Shown: one piece after another, positions 18,321 through 27,619 of the stretch
How positions within the stretch are numbered: position 1 is the first letter of the stretch
How the letters are laid out: each line of letters begins with the position of its first letter
Notes under the pieces: model-generated
Databases searched by the model: none
What the model was told of the DNA's origin: nothing
What the model saw: the letters and a program-made list of their open reading frames with translations, nothing else
Translations under genes and position numbers: made by a program
Source of the DNA: Longimicrobiales bacterium
GTDB taxonomy: Bacteria > Gemmatimonadota > Gemmatimonadetes > Longimicrobiales > Gaopeijiaceae
Length of the DNA stretch: 64,000 bases
Assembly (NCBI GenBank): GCA_965249725.1
Contig: CBDFMQ010000002.1
Location: 1,792,001-1,856,000, forward strand
Direction of reading: 5' to 3'

Positions 18321-19121
18321 CTATCCTCCCGACATCCGGTCGAGGAACGCCCGCTCCTCGATCGACAAGGCTCCAGCTCCCCCGCTGTCCACCCTCTTCA
18401 ACAGCTGCTCCACCTCGCTCCGATTGAGTTCGTGTATGGAAGCGAGGTCGATGGAGGACCACCGTGCGCGGGCTTCACGGTCCGAGCCGTCTATCGATGG
18501 AGTGTGTTGGACCTGTCGCTGGAACTCGCGCTTGCCCTTTCCGGTGTGCCAGTCGCGCCACCGCAGATATCCGGCTCCCACCGCGAGCCCGCCCAAGTGA
18601 GCGAAGTGGGCCGTGACACCACCGCTCCCGGCGATGCCGCTGTAGAGGCTGATCAGGACGAGGCCAACCGCGAGCACCCAGGCCTGGATCGGCAGGATTC
18701 CGTAGATGTAGATGTTCTCCCTGGGCCAGTACATCGCGAACCCGATCAGAACCCCGTACACCGCGGCGGAAGCCCCCACGACCGGCGCACCGAACGAGAA
18801 CAGGAAGGAGAACGCGGCCCCGCCGAGCCCACTCAGGAAGTAGAGCCACAGGAAGCCGCGCGAGCCCAGCCGAGCCTCCAACCTCGGCCCGAAGAAGAAC
18901 AGACCGATCATGTTGAAGAAGAGGTGCCCGATGCCGGCATGCAGGAACATGTAGCTGACGAGGCCCCAGGGCCTGAACGGCATCATGGGGAGATAGAAGC
19001 GATCCAACCCGATGACGGCCGGCGGAAAGAGGGTCAGCATGGCGTACGGGAGCGTCCCCGGCTGGATCACCAGGAAAACGAGGACGTTCGCGACGAGCAG
19101 CCGCTTCACCCACGGGGTCAT
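18321..19121 (-). CDS. Rhomboid intramembrane serine protease
   Basis: YMFLHA..HLFFNM, catalytic Ser in VGASAA, AHFAHLGG. Confidence 0.95.
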   Translation of the reverse strand: MTPWVKRLLVANVLVFLVIQPGTLPYAMLTLFPPAVIGLDRFYLPMMPFRPWGLVSYMFLHAGIGHLFFNMIGLFFFGPRLEARLGSRGFLWLYFLSGLGGAAFSFLFSFGAPVVGASAAVYGVLIGFAMYWPRENIYIYGILPIQAWVLAVGLVLISLYSGIAGSGGVTAHFAHLGGLAVGAGYLRWRDWHTGKGKREFQRQVQHTPSIDGSDREARARWSSIDLASIHELNRSEVEQLLKRVDSGGAGALSIEERAFLDRMSGG

Positions 19122-19145
19122 CGACAGAGTGACATCTCCTGCATG

Positions 19146-19205
19146 AAGGGTGCTTCCATCTCAGTAAGGCCTCTTCCATCTCAGTGAGGGTTCTTCCATC
19201 TCAGT
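19146..19205. repeat. Three 20-bp direct repeats with an invariant 13-bp core CTTCCATCTCAGT
   Basis: aagggtgCTTCCATCTCAGT / aaggcctCTTCCATCTCAGT / gagggttCTTCCATCTCAGT. Confidence 0.9.
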
Positions 19206-19287
19206 GAACGGTACCACGCCGGCGTTGGCAGGATCCACGAACACTAGTGGTCCTACGAAATCGGGTAAGAAAGTGTTCGTGTACCGC

Positions 19288-20466
19288 CTAAGGTACCACT
19301 TCCCCAAGAGCCTCCATGGCGGTCTGGAGCTGGTCGTCCGTGAGGTAGGGGGCAGGGCCGAATCGAAGCACGTCTCCCCGGTAGTCCGTCCGCACTCCGC
19401 GCGTGGCCAACCCCTCGCTCAACCGGGCCGCATCGGGAGAGCGTAGCGCCAGGAATCCCGCCACCCCCTCCAACGGCACGCTACGGTCCCGGTCCACCAC
19501 ATCAGGATCGAGATCCAAGCCGTCGAACACCTCCATGAGGAGCCCCACCTGGTGTTGGCTTCGCTCCCGCAAGCGCTCCTGGGTCAGTCCCTGCTCCGAG
19601 AAGAAGTCGAGCACGGCCGCCGCCCGATAATGGCTCGTGGGGTCGTACGTGGATCCGGCGAACCGAGCCGCCCCCTCGCCATAGGCCGTCCGCCCCTGGT
19701 CCTTCTCATGGGCCAGAGTGGCGAACTCGCTGAACCAGCCCGTGATGACCGGCCGGAACCGACAGCCATCCGGAAAACGCAGCCAGCAGTTTCCCTCCCC
19801 CATCTGCATGTACTTGTATCCGCCACCAACCACGAAGGCGCGACCCAACCGCTCCCGCTCGATCGAGTAAGGCACGACGTTGGTCGAGTGATACGCATCG
19901 ATCAGGAGTTCGGCCCCCAACGACTCACACGCGTCGAGGACGGCCCCGAGGTGGGGCACACAGTGAGCGTTTTGAAAGAGCACGCACGACGTCAGCACCG
20001 CCGCGGTCTTCTCGTCGACCGCGGCGATCAAGCGCTCGGCGAGCGTATCCGCCGGAAGCGCCGCGACCTTCACGACCTCCACGGGCTCCTCCGCCAGCCG
20101 ATCGAGCTGCCTCCGTATGCTATGGAACTCCTGGTCCGTCGTGACCAGTCGGGGGCGCTCAAGCAAAGGGGTGGCGGAGAGGAAGCGGGTGACGAGCTCA
20201 TGGGTGTTTTGTCCCAAGGCCACCAGTCCCTTCGGATCGTCGAGCAGTGTAGCCACACCACGTCGTAGTGCCTCCGCCCGCTCCTCGGCCAGGTCCCACT
20301 TCCGATCCACATGCTCGGCCGCATCGAGCCACGCCTGCTGCTGCGCCTCGAAGGCGACGTCGGGCCAGGCCTGGTGTGAGTGTCCGGTCAGGAGCAGCCG
20401 TTCGGAGACCCGAAAGCGAGTGTAGTGGGCGGCGAGTGCGGCTGGGTCGATCATGCGGTGCGCCAC
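19288..20466 (-). CDS. kynU: Kynureninase
   Basis: Class V PLP enzyme: LTGHSH, DAYHS, GGGYKY (PLP Lys), ITGWF, LRFGPAPY; adjacent to kynA. Confidence 0.88.
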   Translation of the reverse strand: MAHRMIDPAALAAHYTRFRVSERLLLTGHSHQAWPDVAFEAQQQAWLDAAEHVDRKWDLAEERAEALRRGVATLLDDPKGLVALGQNTHELVTRFLSATPLLERPRLVTTDQEFHSIRRQLDRLAEEPVEVVKVAALPADTLAERLIAAVDEKTAAVLTSCVLFQNAHCVPHLGAVLDACESLGAELLIDAYHSTNVVPYSIERERLGRAFVVGGGYKYMQMGEGNCWLRFPDGCRFRPVITGWFSEFATLAHEKDQGRTAYGEGAARFAGSTYDPTSHYRAAAVLDFFSEQGLTQERLRERSQHQVGLLMEVFDGLDLDPDVVDRDRSVPLEGVAGFLALRSPDAARLSEGLATRGVRTDYRGDVLRFGPAPYLTDDQLQTAMEALGEVVP

Positions 20467-20493
20467 CAGCAGGTCGAGGGGGCCTCGGTCATC

Positions 20494-21282
20494 CTAGAGC
20501 CGGCTGCGGATCGCCCAGAGATCCGGAAAGACCGGCGCGTTGAGGGTCGTGCGCAAATAAGCCGAGCCGGCGGACCCTCCGGTACCGGCCTTCATGCCGA
20601 TGGTGCGCTCCACCATTTTCACGTGCCGATACCGCCACTCCTGCAGCCCCTCGTCCAGATCGACCAGGCGCTCGCAGACGGAGGCCGCGGCGGGATTCTC
20701 CCGATACACATCGACAAGGACCTCCTGAAGATCTTCTGACGCGGCCACGGGCCGCGTGACGTCTCGGCTCAGGTGGGCCTCAGGCACCGGAAATCCCTCA
20801 CCGTGCAGGAAGGTGAGGAAGGCGTCCCACAGCGTTCTCTCGCCGAACCGTCGCTCGAGGTTCATTCGGCCGTCGCTGCCCTCCGGAAACCGTTCGATGG
20901 CCTTCGCGTTCTTGGCTCCGAGCAAATATTCCAGCTCGCGGAACTGATAGGACTGAAAGCCCGAAGCGGCCTCCAGGCGTGTCCGGAAGGAGAGGAACTC
21001 CAAGGGAGTCATCGTCTCCAGGATGTCGAGCTGAGCCACCAAAACCTTCAGGATGGTGAGCACCCGCTTGAGGGTGTGAAGCGAGCGGGAGTGATCCCCC
21101 TCCTCCATGAGTCGACACACGTAGTCCACCTCGTGAAGCACTTCCTTGAACCAGAGCTCGTAGACCTGGTGAATCACGATGAAGAGCATCTCGTCGTGCT
21201 CCGGCCCCTCGGAGAGCGGCTTCTGCAGGTTCAGCAGTTCCTGGATCTTGAGATAGCGGCCGTACGTGAGGGCTTCACTCAT
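20494..21282 (-). CDS. kynA: Tryptophan 2,3-dioxygenase
   Basis: TYGRYL, HDEMLFIVIHQVYELWFK, ASGFQSYQFRELE, WRYRHVKMVERTIG.K.GTGGSAG; ATGA overlap with the upstream gene. Confidence 0.97.
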   Translation of the reverse strand: MSEALTYGRYLKIQELLNLQKPLSEGPEHDEMLFIVIHQVYELWFKEVLHEVDYVCRLMEEGDHSRSLHTLKRVLTILKVLVAQLDILETMTPLEFLSFRTRLEAASGFQSYQFRELEYLLGAKNAKAIERFPEGSDGRMNLERRFGERTLWDAFLTFLHGEGFPVPEAHLSRDVTRPVAASEDLQEVLVDVYRENPAAASVCERLVDLDEGLQEWRYRHVKMVERTIGMKAGTGGSAGSAYLRTTLNAPVFPDLWAIRSRL

Positions 21283-23552
21283 TCGGTGGCTCCGAAGTCG
21301 AAAGCGAACCGTGCCGAATACTCGCTCACGGACTCGTACTGAGGCGGCCACTCCAGGTCATAGCCCAGCGTGTACGCGGCGTGCCGGGTCCAATACGGAT
21401 CGAAGAGGTGCGCCCTGGCGAGCAGGCAGAGGTCGGCCCGACCCGCCGCGAGGATCGTGTTCACGTCCATGTAGGACGAGATGTTGCCCACGGCCATGGT
21501 CGCGATGCCCACCTCCTGGCGCACACGATCGGCGAACGGAGTCTGGAAGAGCCGCCCGTACTGCGGGGCCTGGTCGGGAACGGTCTGTCCCGCGGACACG
21601 TCGACGATATCGCAGTCGTGAGTCTTCAGAAGACGCGCCACCTCCACCGAGTCCTCCGGCTCCATGCCGCCCGGCTTCCAGTCCACCGCGCTGATCCGCG
21701 CGGACATCGGCTTCTCGTCGGGCCACACACCACGGACGGCGTCGAACACCTCCAGAGGGAAGCGCATGCGGTTCTCGATACTGCCACCGTACTCGTCGTC
21801 TCTCTCGTTCGTGAGTGGCGAGACGAAGGAGGCCAGCAGATATCCATGAGCCAAGTGGAGCTCCAGGATGTCGAAGCCGGCCTCATGAGCGATCTCCGCG
21901 GCACGAGCGTAGTCGGCGATCGCCTGATCCATGTCGTCCCGCGTCATCTCCTTTGGGACGGGATTCTCGGGACGCCACGGAATGGGTGAGGCGGACAGTA
22001 CGTCCCACCCGTCCTGGGCCAACGGCTCGTTGTCGCCCTCCCACAGCTTCTGGGTGGACCCCTTCCGACCGGCATGACCGAGCTGGACGCCCACCTTGGC
22101 GCCGCTGTTTGCGTGGATGAAGTCCACGACCCTCTTCCAGCCGTCCACGTGCTCCGGCTTGTAGAGCCCGGTGCACCCGGTCGAGATCCGGGCATCTCGG
22201 CTCACATCGGTCATCTCTGCCATGACGAGACCGGCGCCCCCGACCGCACGGCTCCCGAGGTGCACGAGATGCCAATCGTTGGGCATCCCGTCCTCGGCCG
22301 TGTACTGGCACATCGGGGAGACCACGACACGATTCTGCAGGACCAGCTCGCGCATGCGGAACGCGGTGAACATGGGCGGTGGCGGCGGCACGAAGGGTAC
22401 CGCTCGGCCGCTCTGACGCTCGGCCTCGCAGGCGAACCAGGAGTCCACCTCGCGAATGTAGCCGGCGTCACGCAGACGGAGGTTCTCGTGCGTGATGCGG
22501 AGGCTTCTGGTGAGGAGCGTGAACCCGAACTGGACGGGCTCGATCTTCATGTAGCGCTCGGTGTCCTCGAACCACTGAAGGCTCGCCTGGGCGGCCCGTT
22601 GGACGCTCTCCACGGGCGGGCGCCGTTCCTTCTCGTACTCGGCAAGGGCGACGGACACGTCGGGAAAGCGGGCCATCGCCTCGGCGAGGGCGATCCCGTC
22701 CATCATCGCGATACGAGTTCCCGACCCCACCGAGAAGTGCGCCGTGTGCGCCGCATCCCCCAAGAGCACCAAGTTCTCGTGAGACCAAGCCTCGTTGCTA
22801 ACCGTCGGAAACTGCCGCCAGTGAGACCGGTTCTTCAGGAGGGGATGCCCCTCCAGTTCGTCCGCGAAGAGCTCCTCGCAGAACCGGGCGGTCTCGTCCT
22901 CGTCTTCGACAGCGAGCCCCGACGCCGCCCACGTCTCCTCGCGAGCCTCGACGATGAAGGTGGCCTTCCCCTCCTCGTACTGGTACGCGTGGACCCGCCA
23001 GAGACCGTGCTCGTTCTCCCGAAAGTAGAACGTAAAAGCGTCGAAGGGCCGAGTGGTCCCGAGCCATACGAAACGGTTTGGGCGGAAGTCGACGGTGGGT
23101 CGGAAGTGCTCGGCATAACGGTCGCGGATCTGGCTGTTCACCCCATCGGCGGCGAGGACCAGATCGGCGTCCCGGTAGGCCTCGACGTCGTCCACCTCCA
23201 CCTCGTAGTGGACCTCGATACCCAACCGATTCGCGCGCCTCTGCAGAATCCTGAGAAGCCTCCCCCGCGAGAGACCGGCAAAACCGTGTCCCGTCGAGGT
23301 GAGGATCTTCCCCCCGTAATGGATGTCGATGTCGTCCCAGTGGGCAAACGCTCTGGTAATGTCGAAGTAGACGTCCGGTTCAGCAGCCTCGATGCGAGCC
23401 AGCGTCGCGTCCGAAAAGACGACTCCGAATCCGAACGTGTCGTCGGGACGGTTGCGCTCGTAGACAGTGATCTCGCGGGACGGATCAGCCCCCTTCAGGA
23501 GAATGGCGGAGTACAGCCCAGCCGGTCCTGCACCCACGACATTGATTCTCAC
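21279..23552 (-). CDS. abmA: Bifunctional 2-aminobenzoyl-CoA monooxygenase/reductase (AbmA / salicylyl-CoA 5-hydroxylase family)
   Basis: FAD monooxygenase half ([35 protein letters not shown]) fused to an old-yellow-enzyme half ([29 protein letters not shown]). Confidence 0.92.
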   Translation of the reverse strand: MRINVVGAGPAGLYSAILLKGADPSREITVYERNRPDDTFGFGVVFSDATLARIEAAEPDVYFDITRAFAHWDDIDIHYGGKILTSTGHGFAGLSRGRLLRILQRRANRLGIEVHYEVEVDDVEAYRDADLVLAADGVNSQIRDRYAEHFRPTVDFRPNRFVWLGTTRPFDAFTFYFRENEHGLWRVHAYQYEEGKATFIVEAREETWAASGLAVEDEDETARFCEELFADELEGHPLLKNRSHWRQFPTVSNEAWSHENLVLLGDAAHTAHFSVGSGTRIAMMDGIALAEAMARFPDVSVALAEYEKERRPPVESVQRAAQASLQWFEDTERYMKIEPVQFGFTLLTRSLRITHENLRLRDAGYIREVDSWFACEAERQSGRAVPFVPPPPPMFTAFRMRELVLQNRVVVSPMCQYTAEDGMPNDWHLVHLGSRAVGGAGLVMAEMTDVSRDARISTGCTGLYKPEHVDGWKRVVDFIHANSGAKVGVQLGHAGRKGSTQKLWEGDNEPLAQDGWDVLSASPIPWRPENPVPKEMTRDDMDQAIADYARAAEIAHEAGFDILELHLAHGYLLASFVSPLTNERDDEYGGSIENRMRFPLEVFDAVRGVWPDEKPMSARISAVDWKPGGMEPEDSVEVARLLKTHDCDIVDVSAGQTVPDQAPQYGRLFQTPFADRVRQEVGIATMAVGNISSYMDVNTILAAGRADLCLLARAHLFDPYWTRHAAYTLGYDLEWPPQYESVSEYSARFAFDFGATE

Positions 23553-24703
23553 TCTGAGGTACCTCTCCTCTGCTTCAAGCGATGACCTGCGATGATCAAG
23601 TGCTGAATGTCGGTGGCGCCCTCGTAGATGCGCAGTGCCCGGACGGAACGATAGAGCCGATCCACGACCGCCTCGGCCAGGACCCCGCGACCCCCCAGGA
23701 TCTGGATGGCGTCATCCACGACACGCTGAGCCGCCTCGGTGGCATAGGCCTTGGCCATGGCAGCTTCGACGGTAATACGCTCCGCCCCACGGTCCCGCTC
23801 CCAAGCCGCCCTGTACGTCAGGAGCCGCGCGGCCGTGAGTTCGGTAGCCATGCGTGCGAGCTTCTGCTGAACCAGTTGGAAGTCGGCCAGGGGCTTCCCG
23901 AACTGCTCACGCGACAGGGCATAGGCCTCCGCCTCGTCCAAAGCTCGGGCCGCCATGCCGCACGCGGCCGCTGCCACGGTGGGGCGCAGGCGATCGAAGG
24001 TGGCCATCCCGATCTTGAAGCCCTCCCCCTCGGCACCGAGTCTGGCGTGTGCGGGCACCCTGCAACCGTGAAAGGCCACTTCTCCCAGAGGATGGGGGGC
24101 GCTCATCACCAAGGGCTTCACGAACTCCAGGCCATCCGTGTCCGCGGGGACGACGAAGGCCGAGAGGCCACGGCTACCCTGCGCGGGATCGGTCGAGGCA
24201 AAGACCACGTACACGTCGGCGATACCGGCGTTGGAGATGAGCGTCTTGGTGCCCTCCAGTAGGTAGTCCTCACCATCTCGCACGGCGGTCGTACGCATGG
24301 ACGCTACGTCCGAGCCGGCTTCCGGCTCGGTCATCGCAAACGCCCCCAGGCTCGTACCGTCGAGGAGCCTCGGGAGCCATTCCTCACGCTGACCGGCGTT
24401 GTCGGCGAGCAGGAAGGGCGTCGCCGTGAGCGCCTGCAGCGCGTACACCGCGTCGGCCAGAGGACTGGCGCCCGCGATGGCCTCACGGGCTAGGCACGCC
24501 CCCCCGAGATCCTGCTCCTGAACGGGGCGCAGCCATCCACCTGATCCGAGCAGCGTCACGATCTCCCGAGCCTGAACACGCCCGGCATCATCGTCGGCCG
24601 GAGCGGGAAGCTTGGCCAGGTCAGCGGCCAAGGTCTCGACAGCGCTGGCCCATTCGACCTGCGCATCGTCCAAGAAGGCCCGCACGGCCCCGACGTCTGG
24701 CAT
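23549..24703 (-). CDS. Acyl-CoA dehydrogenase (AbmD-like)
   Basis: FAMTEPEAGSD, G.KTLISNAG, REQFGKPL, QILGGRG, RIYEGATDIQ. Confidence 0.93.
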   Translation of the reverse strand: MPDVGAVRAFLDDAQVEWASAVETLAADLAKLPAPADDDAGRVQAREIVTLLGSGGWLRPVQEQDLGGACLAREAIAGASPLADAVYALQALTATPFLLADNAGQREEWLPRLLDGTSLGAFAMTEPEAGSDVASMRTTAVRDGEDYLLEGTKTLISNAGIADVYVVFASTDPAQGSRGLSAFVVPADTDGLEFVKPLVMSAPHPLGEVAFHGCRVPAHARLGAEGEGFKIGMATFDRLRPTVAAAACGMAARALDEAEAYALSREQFGKPLADFQLVQQKLARMATELTAARLLTYRAAWERDRGAERITVEAAMAKAYATEAAQRVVDDAIQILGGRGVLAEAVVDRLYRSVRALRIYEGATDIQHLIIAGHRLKQRRGTSE

Positions 24704-25503
24704 CAGATAAACTGTGCGTCCCGCTTCGCGACAAAGGCCTCGTAGGCCTCACGGAAGTTGGGGTTCTCCATGCACTTGGCCTGGACCTGAGCCTCGGCCT
24801 CCAAAGCCGACGCGAGATCCATGGAGGCCTCTTCGTTGAGCGCTCGCTTCGTCATCTCCAGGGCATAGGACGGACCACGAGCCAGCTTCTCGGCCAGGCT
24901 GCGAGCCACATCGAGTAGATCGTCCTGGGGCACGACCTGGTTGTAGAGGCCGATCCGATGCGCCTCCTCGGGGCCGATGAAGTCGCCGGTCATGAGCAAC
25001 TGGGTGGCGTGGGCCAGCCCGACGATACGCGGCAGGAGCCAGGCGACCCCCATGTCGGCACCGGAGAGGCCCACCTTGGTGAACAGGTAGGCGATCTTGG
25101 CGTGCTCGGTGGCGATACGGATGTCGCACGCGGTAGCGATCACGGCACCCGCGCCGGCGACTGTTCCGTTCAGGGCTGCGATGACCGGGCGGCTGCACTC
25201 CCTGACGGCCAGAATCAGATTGCACGTCATCCGGGTGAAGTCGAGCAGTCCCTGGGAGTCCCGCTCGAAGAGGGCGCCGATGATGTCCTCGACGTCTCCC
25301 CCGGTGCAGAACCCCCGCCCCGCCCCGGTGATGACGATGCAGCGCACACCAGGCTCCACGTTCAGAGCCCGAAACGTGCTCTGGAGCTCCTCATAGACCT
25401 CGAACGTGAGAGCGTTGAGTCGGTCCGGGCGATTGAGCGTGATCGTGGCGACGGAGGTATCCGCATCGTGCTCGTACAGAAAGGACGTTGGCTGGATCGG
25501 CAC
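24703..25503 (-). CDS. Enoyl-CoA hydratase/isomerase (AbmC-like)
   Basis: ITLNRPDRLNAL, FCTGGDV, VAGAG, KVGLSGADMG. Confidence 0.92.
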   Translation of the reverse strand: MPIQPTSFLYEHDADTSVATITLNRPDRLNALTFEVYEELQSTFRALNVEPGVRCIVITGAGRGFCTGGDVEDIIGALFERDSQGLLDFTRMTCNLILAVRECSRPVIAALNGTVAGAGAVIATACDIRIATEHAKIAYLFTKVGLSGADMGVAWLLPRIVGLAHATQLLMTGDFIGPEEAHRIGLYNQVVPQDDLLDVARSLAEKLARGPSYALEMTKRALNEEASMDLASALEAEAQVQAKCMENPNFREAYEAFVAKRDAQFI

Positions 25504-25566
25504 TCCGCTCTCCCGGTTCCCCGTTAACGTCTGAAAGGCTGCTGAGAAGCCGTGTACCCGTGTGAC

Positions 25567-25971
25567 TTAACCGGGTAGGACGGCGGTGGCCTCTATTTCG
25601 ACCTTGGCCCTGGGATCCACCATCTCGGACACGGCAACGAGCGCCATAGCCGGATAGTGTCGGCCCATCCGGTCACGATATCTCGCTCCGAGAGGCTTCA
25701 GGCTACTGCGGTATTCGGCCATATCAGTCACGAAGATCGTGAAACGGGCGATGTTCTCCGGCCCCCCACCCGCCTCCTCCACGACCGTGATCGACCGGGC
25801 GAGAGCGGCGTCGAACTGATCGACGAAATCGTCCGATACGATGGTCCCCGAGTCGTCCGACCCGGCCTGCCCCGCCACGAAGAGAACGCGGCTGCCGGCA
25901 GGCGCCAGGAGCCCGTTGTTCCAGCCACTTGGCGGGCCCAGGGAATCGGGGTTGAAGATCTCGAAGGTCAT
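25567..25971 (-). CDS. RidA/YjgF family enamine/imine deaminase (AbmF-like)
   Basis: LFVAGQ, YPAMALVAV, KVEIEATAV; start at MTFEIFNP. Confidence 0.88.
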   Translation of the reverse strand: MTFEIFNPDSLGPPSGWNNGLLAPAGSRVLFVAGQAGSDDSGTIVSDDFVDQFDAALARSITVVEEAGGGPENIARFTIFVTDMAEYRSSLKPLGARYRDRMGRHYPAMALVAVSEMVDPRAKVEIEATAVLPG

Positions 25972-26051
25972 GAGCCGAACTTCACTGCGGAGCCCCCTGC
26001 CGTCAAACGGGGAGTGTCCTACGGTCACCCACCACGCGCGGGGGTCGGAGG

Positions 26052-26828
26052 CTAGGCCAGCAGGGCCCCACCGTCGATTACGATAGCCTGGCCGTTCACG
26101 CTCCCGGCGTCCTCCCCACACAGATAAAGCACGGCGTCGCCGACCTCGCCGGGCTCGACCAGTCGCTTTTGGGCGAGCGTCGCCAGCAACGCCTCGAGGG
26201 CCTCGCCCCTGGTCATGCCCGAGCGGGCCATGATCTGATCGATCGTGCCGTCCGTCATGGGCGTGTTGACGTAACCGGGACACAACGCGTTGACCGTGAC
26301 TCCGGTTCCGGCCATCTCGGCCGCCGCTGAGCGGGTCAAGCCGAGCACCGCATGCTTCGACGCGGAGTACGCCGACGTGTAGCGGCTTCCCAGACGCCCG
26401 GCCACCGACGCCACATTGACGACCCGCCCCCAGTCCCGCTCGATCATCCCGGGAAGGAAGGCACGGGCACAGAGGAATGAGCCCGTTGCGTTCACCTGAA
26501 TCGTCCGGTTCCAGTCCTCCAGGGTCTCGCGAACCAGAAGAGCCGAGTGGCCGACTCCGGCGTTGTTCACGAGGATGTCGACGCTCCCTAATGTGTCCGC
26601 GGCGGCCTGTTCGAGATCGGCGACCGAAGCTTCGTCGGCCACATCGCACAGGGCCCAGTGGGCCGACCCTCCCGAGGCCTCGATGGACTCGGCCACATCG
26701 CGGACCTCGTCCTGCGAGCGAGCGCTCACCAGCACCGCCGCGCCCGCATCCGCGAGCATTCGGGCTACGGAGGCTCCGATCCCACGGCCCCCGCCCGTCA
26801 CGACCGCCGTCTTACCTTTCAGGCTCAT
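26052..26828 (-). CDS. SDR oxidoreductase (3-hydroxyacyl-CoA dehydrogenase, AbmB-like)
   Basis: TGGGRGIG, NNAG, YSASKHA, VNALCPGYVNT. Confidence 0.92.
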   Translation of the reverse strand: MSLKGKTAVVTGGGRGIGASVARMLADAGAAVLVSARSQDEVRDVAESIEASGGSAHWALCDVADEASVADLEQAAADTLGSVDILVNNAGVGHSALLVRETLEDWNRTIQVNATGSFLCARAFLPGMIERDWGRVVNVASVAGRLGSRYTSAYSASKHAVLGLTRSAAAEMAGTGVTVNALCPGYVNTPMTDGTIDQIMARSGMTRGEALEALLATLAQKRLVEPGEVGDAVLYLCGEDAGSVNGQAIVIDGGALLA

Positions 26829-27598
26829 GACGGCTCACCTGCCTTCTGAGAACCCAGGATCGCGAGCACCGCCTCTTCGACGATCGCCCCGAGCGTGCGC
26901 ACGGTCTCGACCCCTTCTTCTGCGCTGGCGTCGGCCGGGAACCCGAAATAGGCCTGCGGCCCGCCCGCCTCGTGGAATGTCGAGAGTTCGTCGCGAATCG
27001 CATCCGACAAGGACTTGGGGTTGGGGGGGAGACCTCGCCGGATCTCCTCCCGTACCAACTCGGGCGCCACAGCCATTACGATGGACGTCTCGTACTGACC
27101 GGCATGACAGGCTCCTGACTGAAACTCCTCGGTCAGTCGAGCGGCCAAGTTCCTCTTGGTGAGGTCCGGGAAGATGATCGGCACTTCGGAGGCATACGCG
27201 CGCTGAACGGCGTTCCGTAGTGCGACGAGGTGGGTCGGATCCAGATGCGTATTGCAGAGCACCAAGCCCCGGGCCCCGTGAGCCGCCCCCGCCCGCGCGA
27301 TATCCCGGACCAAGCGGCTGAGCGCCTCGCTCGATACGGACACCGTTCCCGGAAACTCGGCCGCGAAGGACGCCGGCGTGTAGTCGATCGTGGGCAACAC
27401 CACCGGTCGCATGCCATGCACCTCGAGCCTCGCGGCGGCGTCGAGCGCCCATGCCTCGGCGATGATCCCATCGGTCCGCACCGGTAGATGAGGTCCATGC
27501 GCCTCCACGGCGCCGATAGGCAGCAGGCCGATCCACGGCTCGCTCTGCGCGTCTCTAGCCTCTTCCCAGGTCATCTCGGCTAGTGGACGTATCGGCAT
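26825..27598 (-). CDS. Creatininase / Fe(II)-dependent formamide hydrolase family protein
   Basis: MTWEE start, LPIGAVEAHGPHLPVRTD, FPGTV, NTHLDPTH, HAGQYETS; SD AGGAG. Confidence 0.9.
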   Translation of the reverse strand: MPIRPLAEMTWEEARDAQSEPWIGLLPIGAVEAHGPHLPVRTDGIIAEAWALDAAARLEVHGMRPVVLPTIDYTPASFAAEFPGTVSVSSEALSRLVRDIARAGAAHGARGLVLCNTHLDPTHLVALRNAVQRAYASEVPIIFPDLTKRNLAARLTEEFQSGACHAGQYETSIVMAVAPELVREEIRRGLPPNPKSLSDAIRDELSTFHEAGGPQAYFGFPADASAEEGVETVRTLGAIVEEAVLAILGSQKAGEPS

Positions 27599-27619
27599 GC
27601 GTGCTCCTATCATCGGGCC

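Noticed and set aside
25530..25560. AGGCTGCTGAGAAGCC (and GTTGTTGAAAAG near 618) as IS/MITE terminal repeats
   Set aside because: No matching opposite end, target duplication or transposase is visible.
25972..26649. 360-aa version of the RidA ORF, and N-terminal extensions of the creatininase, GGDEF, DsbA and HupE ORFs
   Set aside because: The extensions overlap real neighbouring genes; downstream starts match family N-termini.
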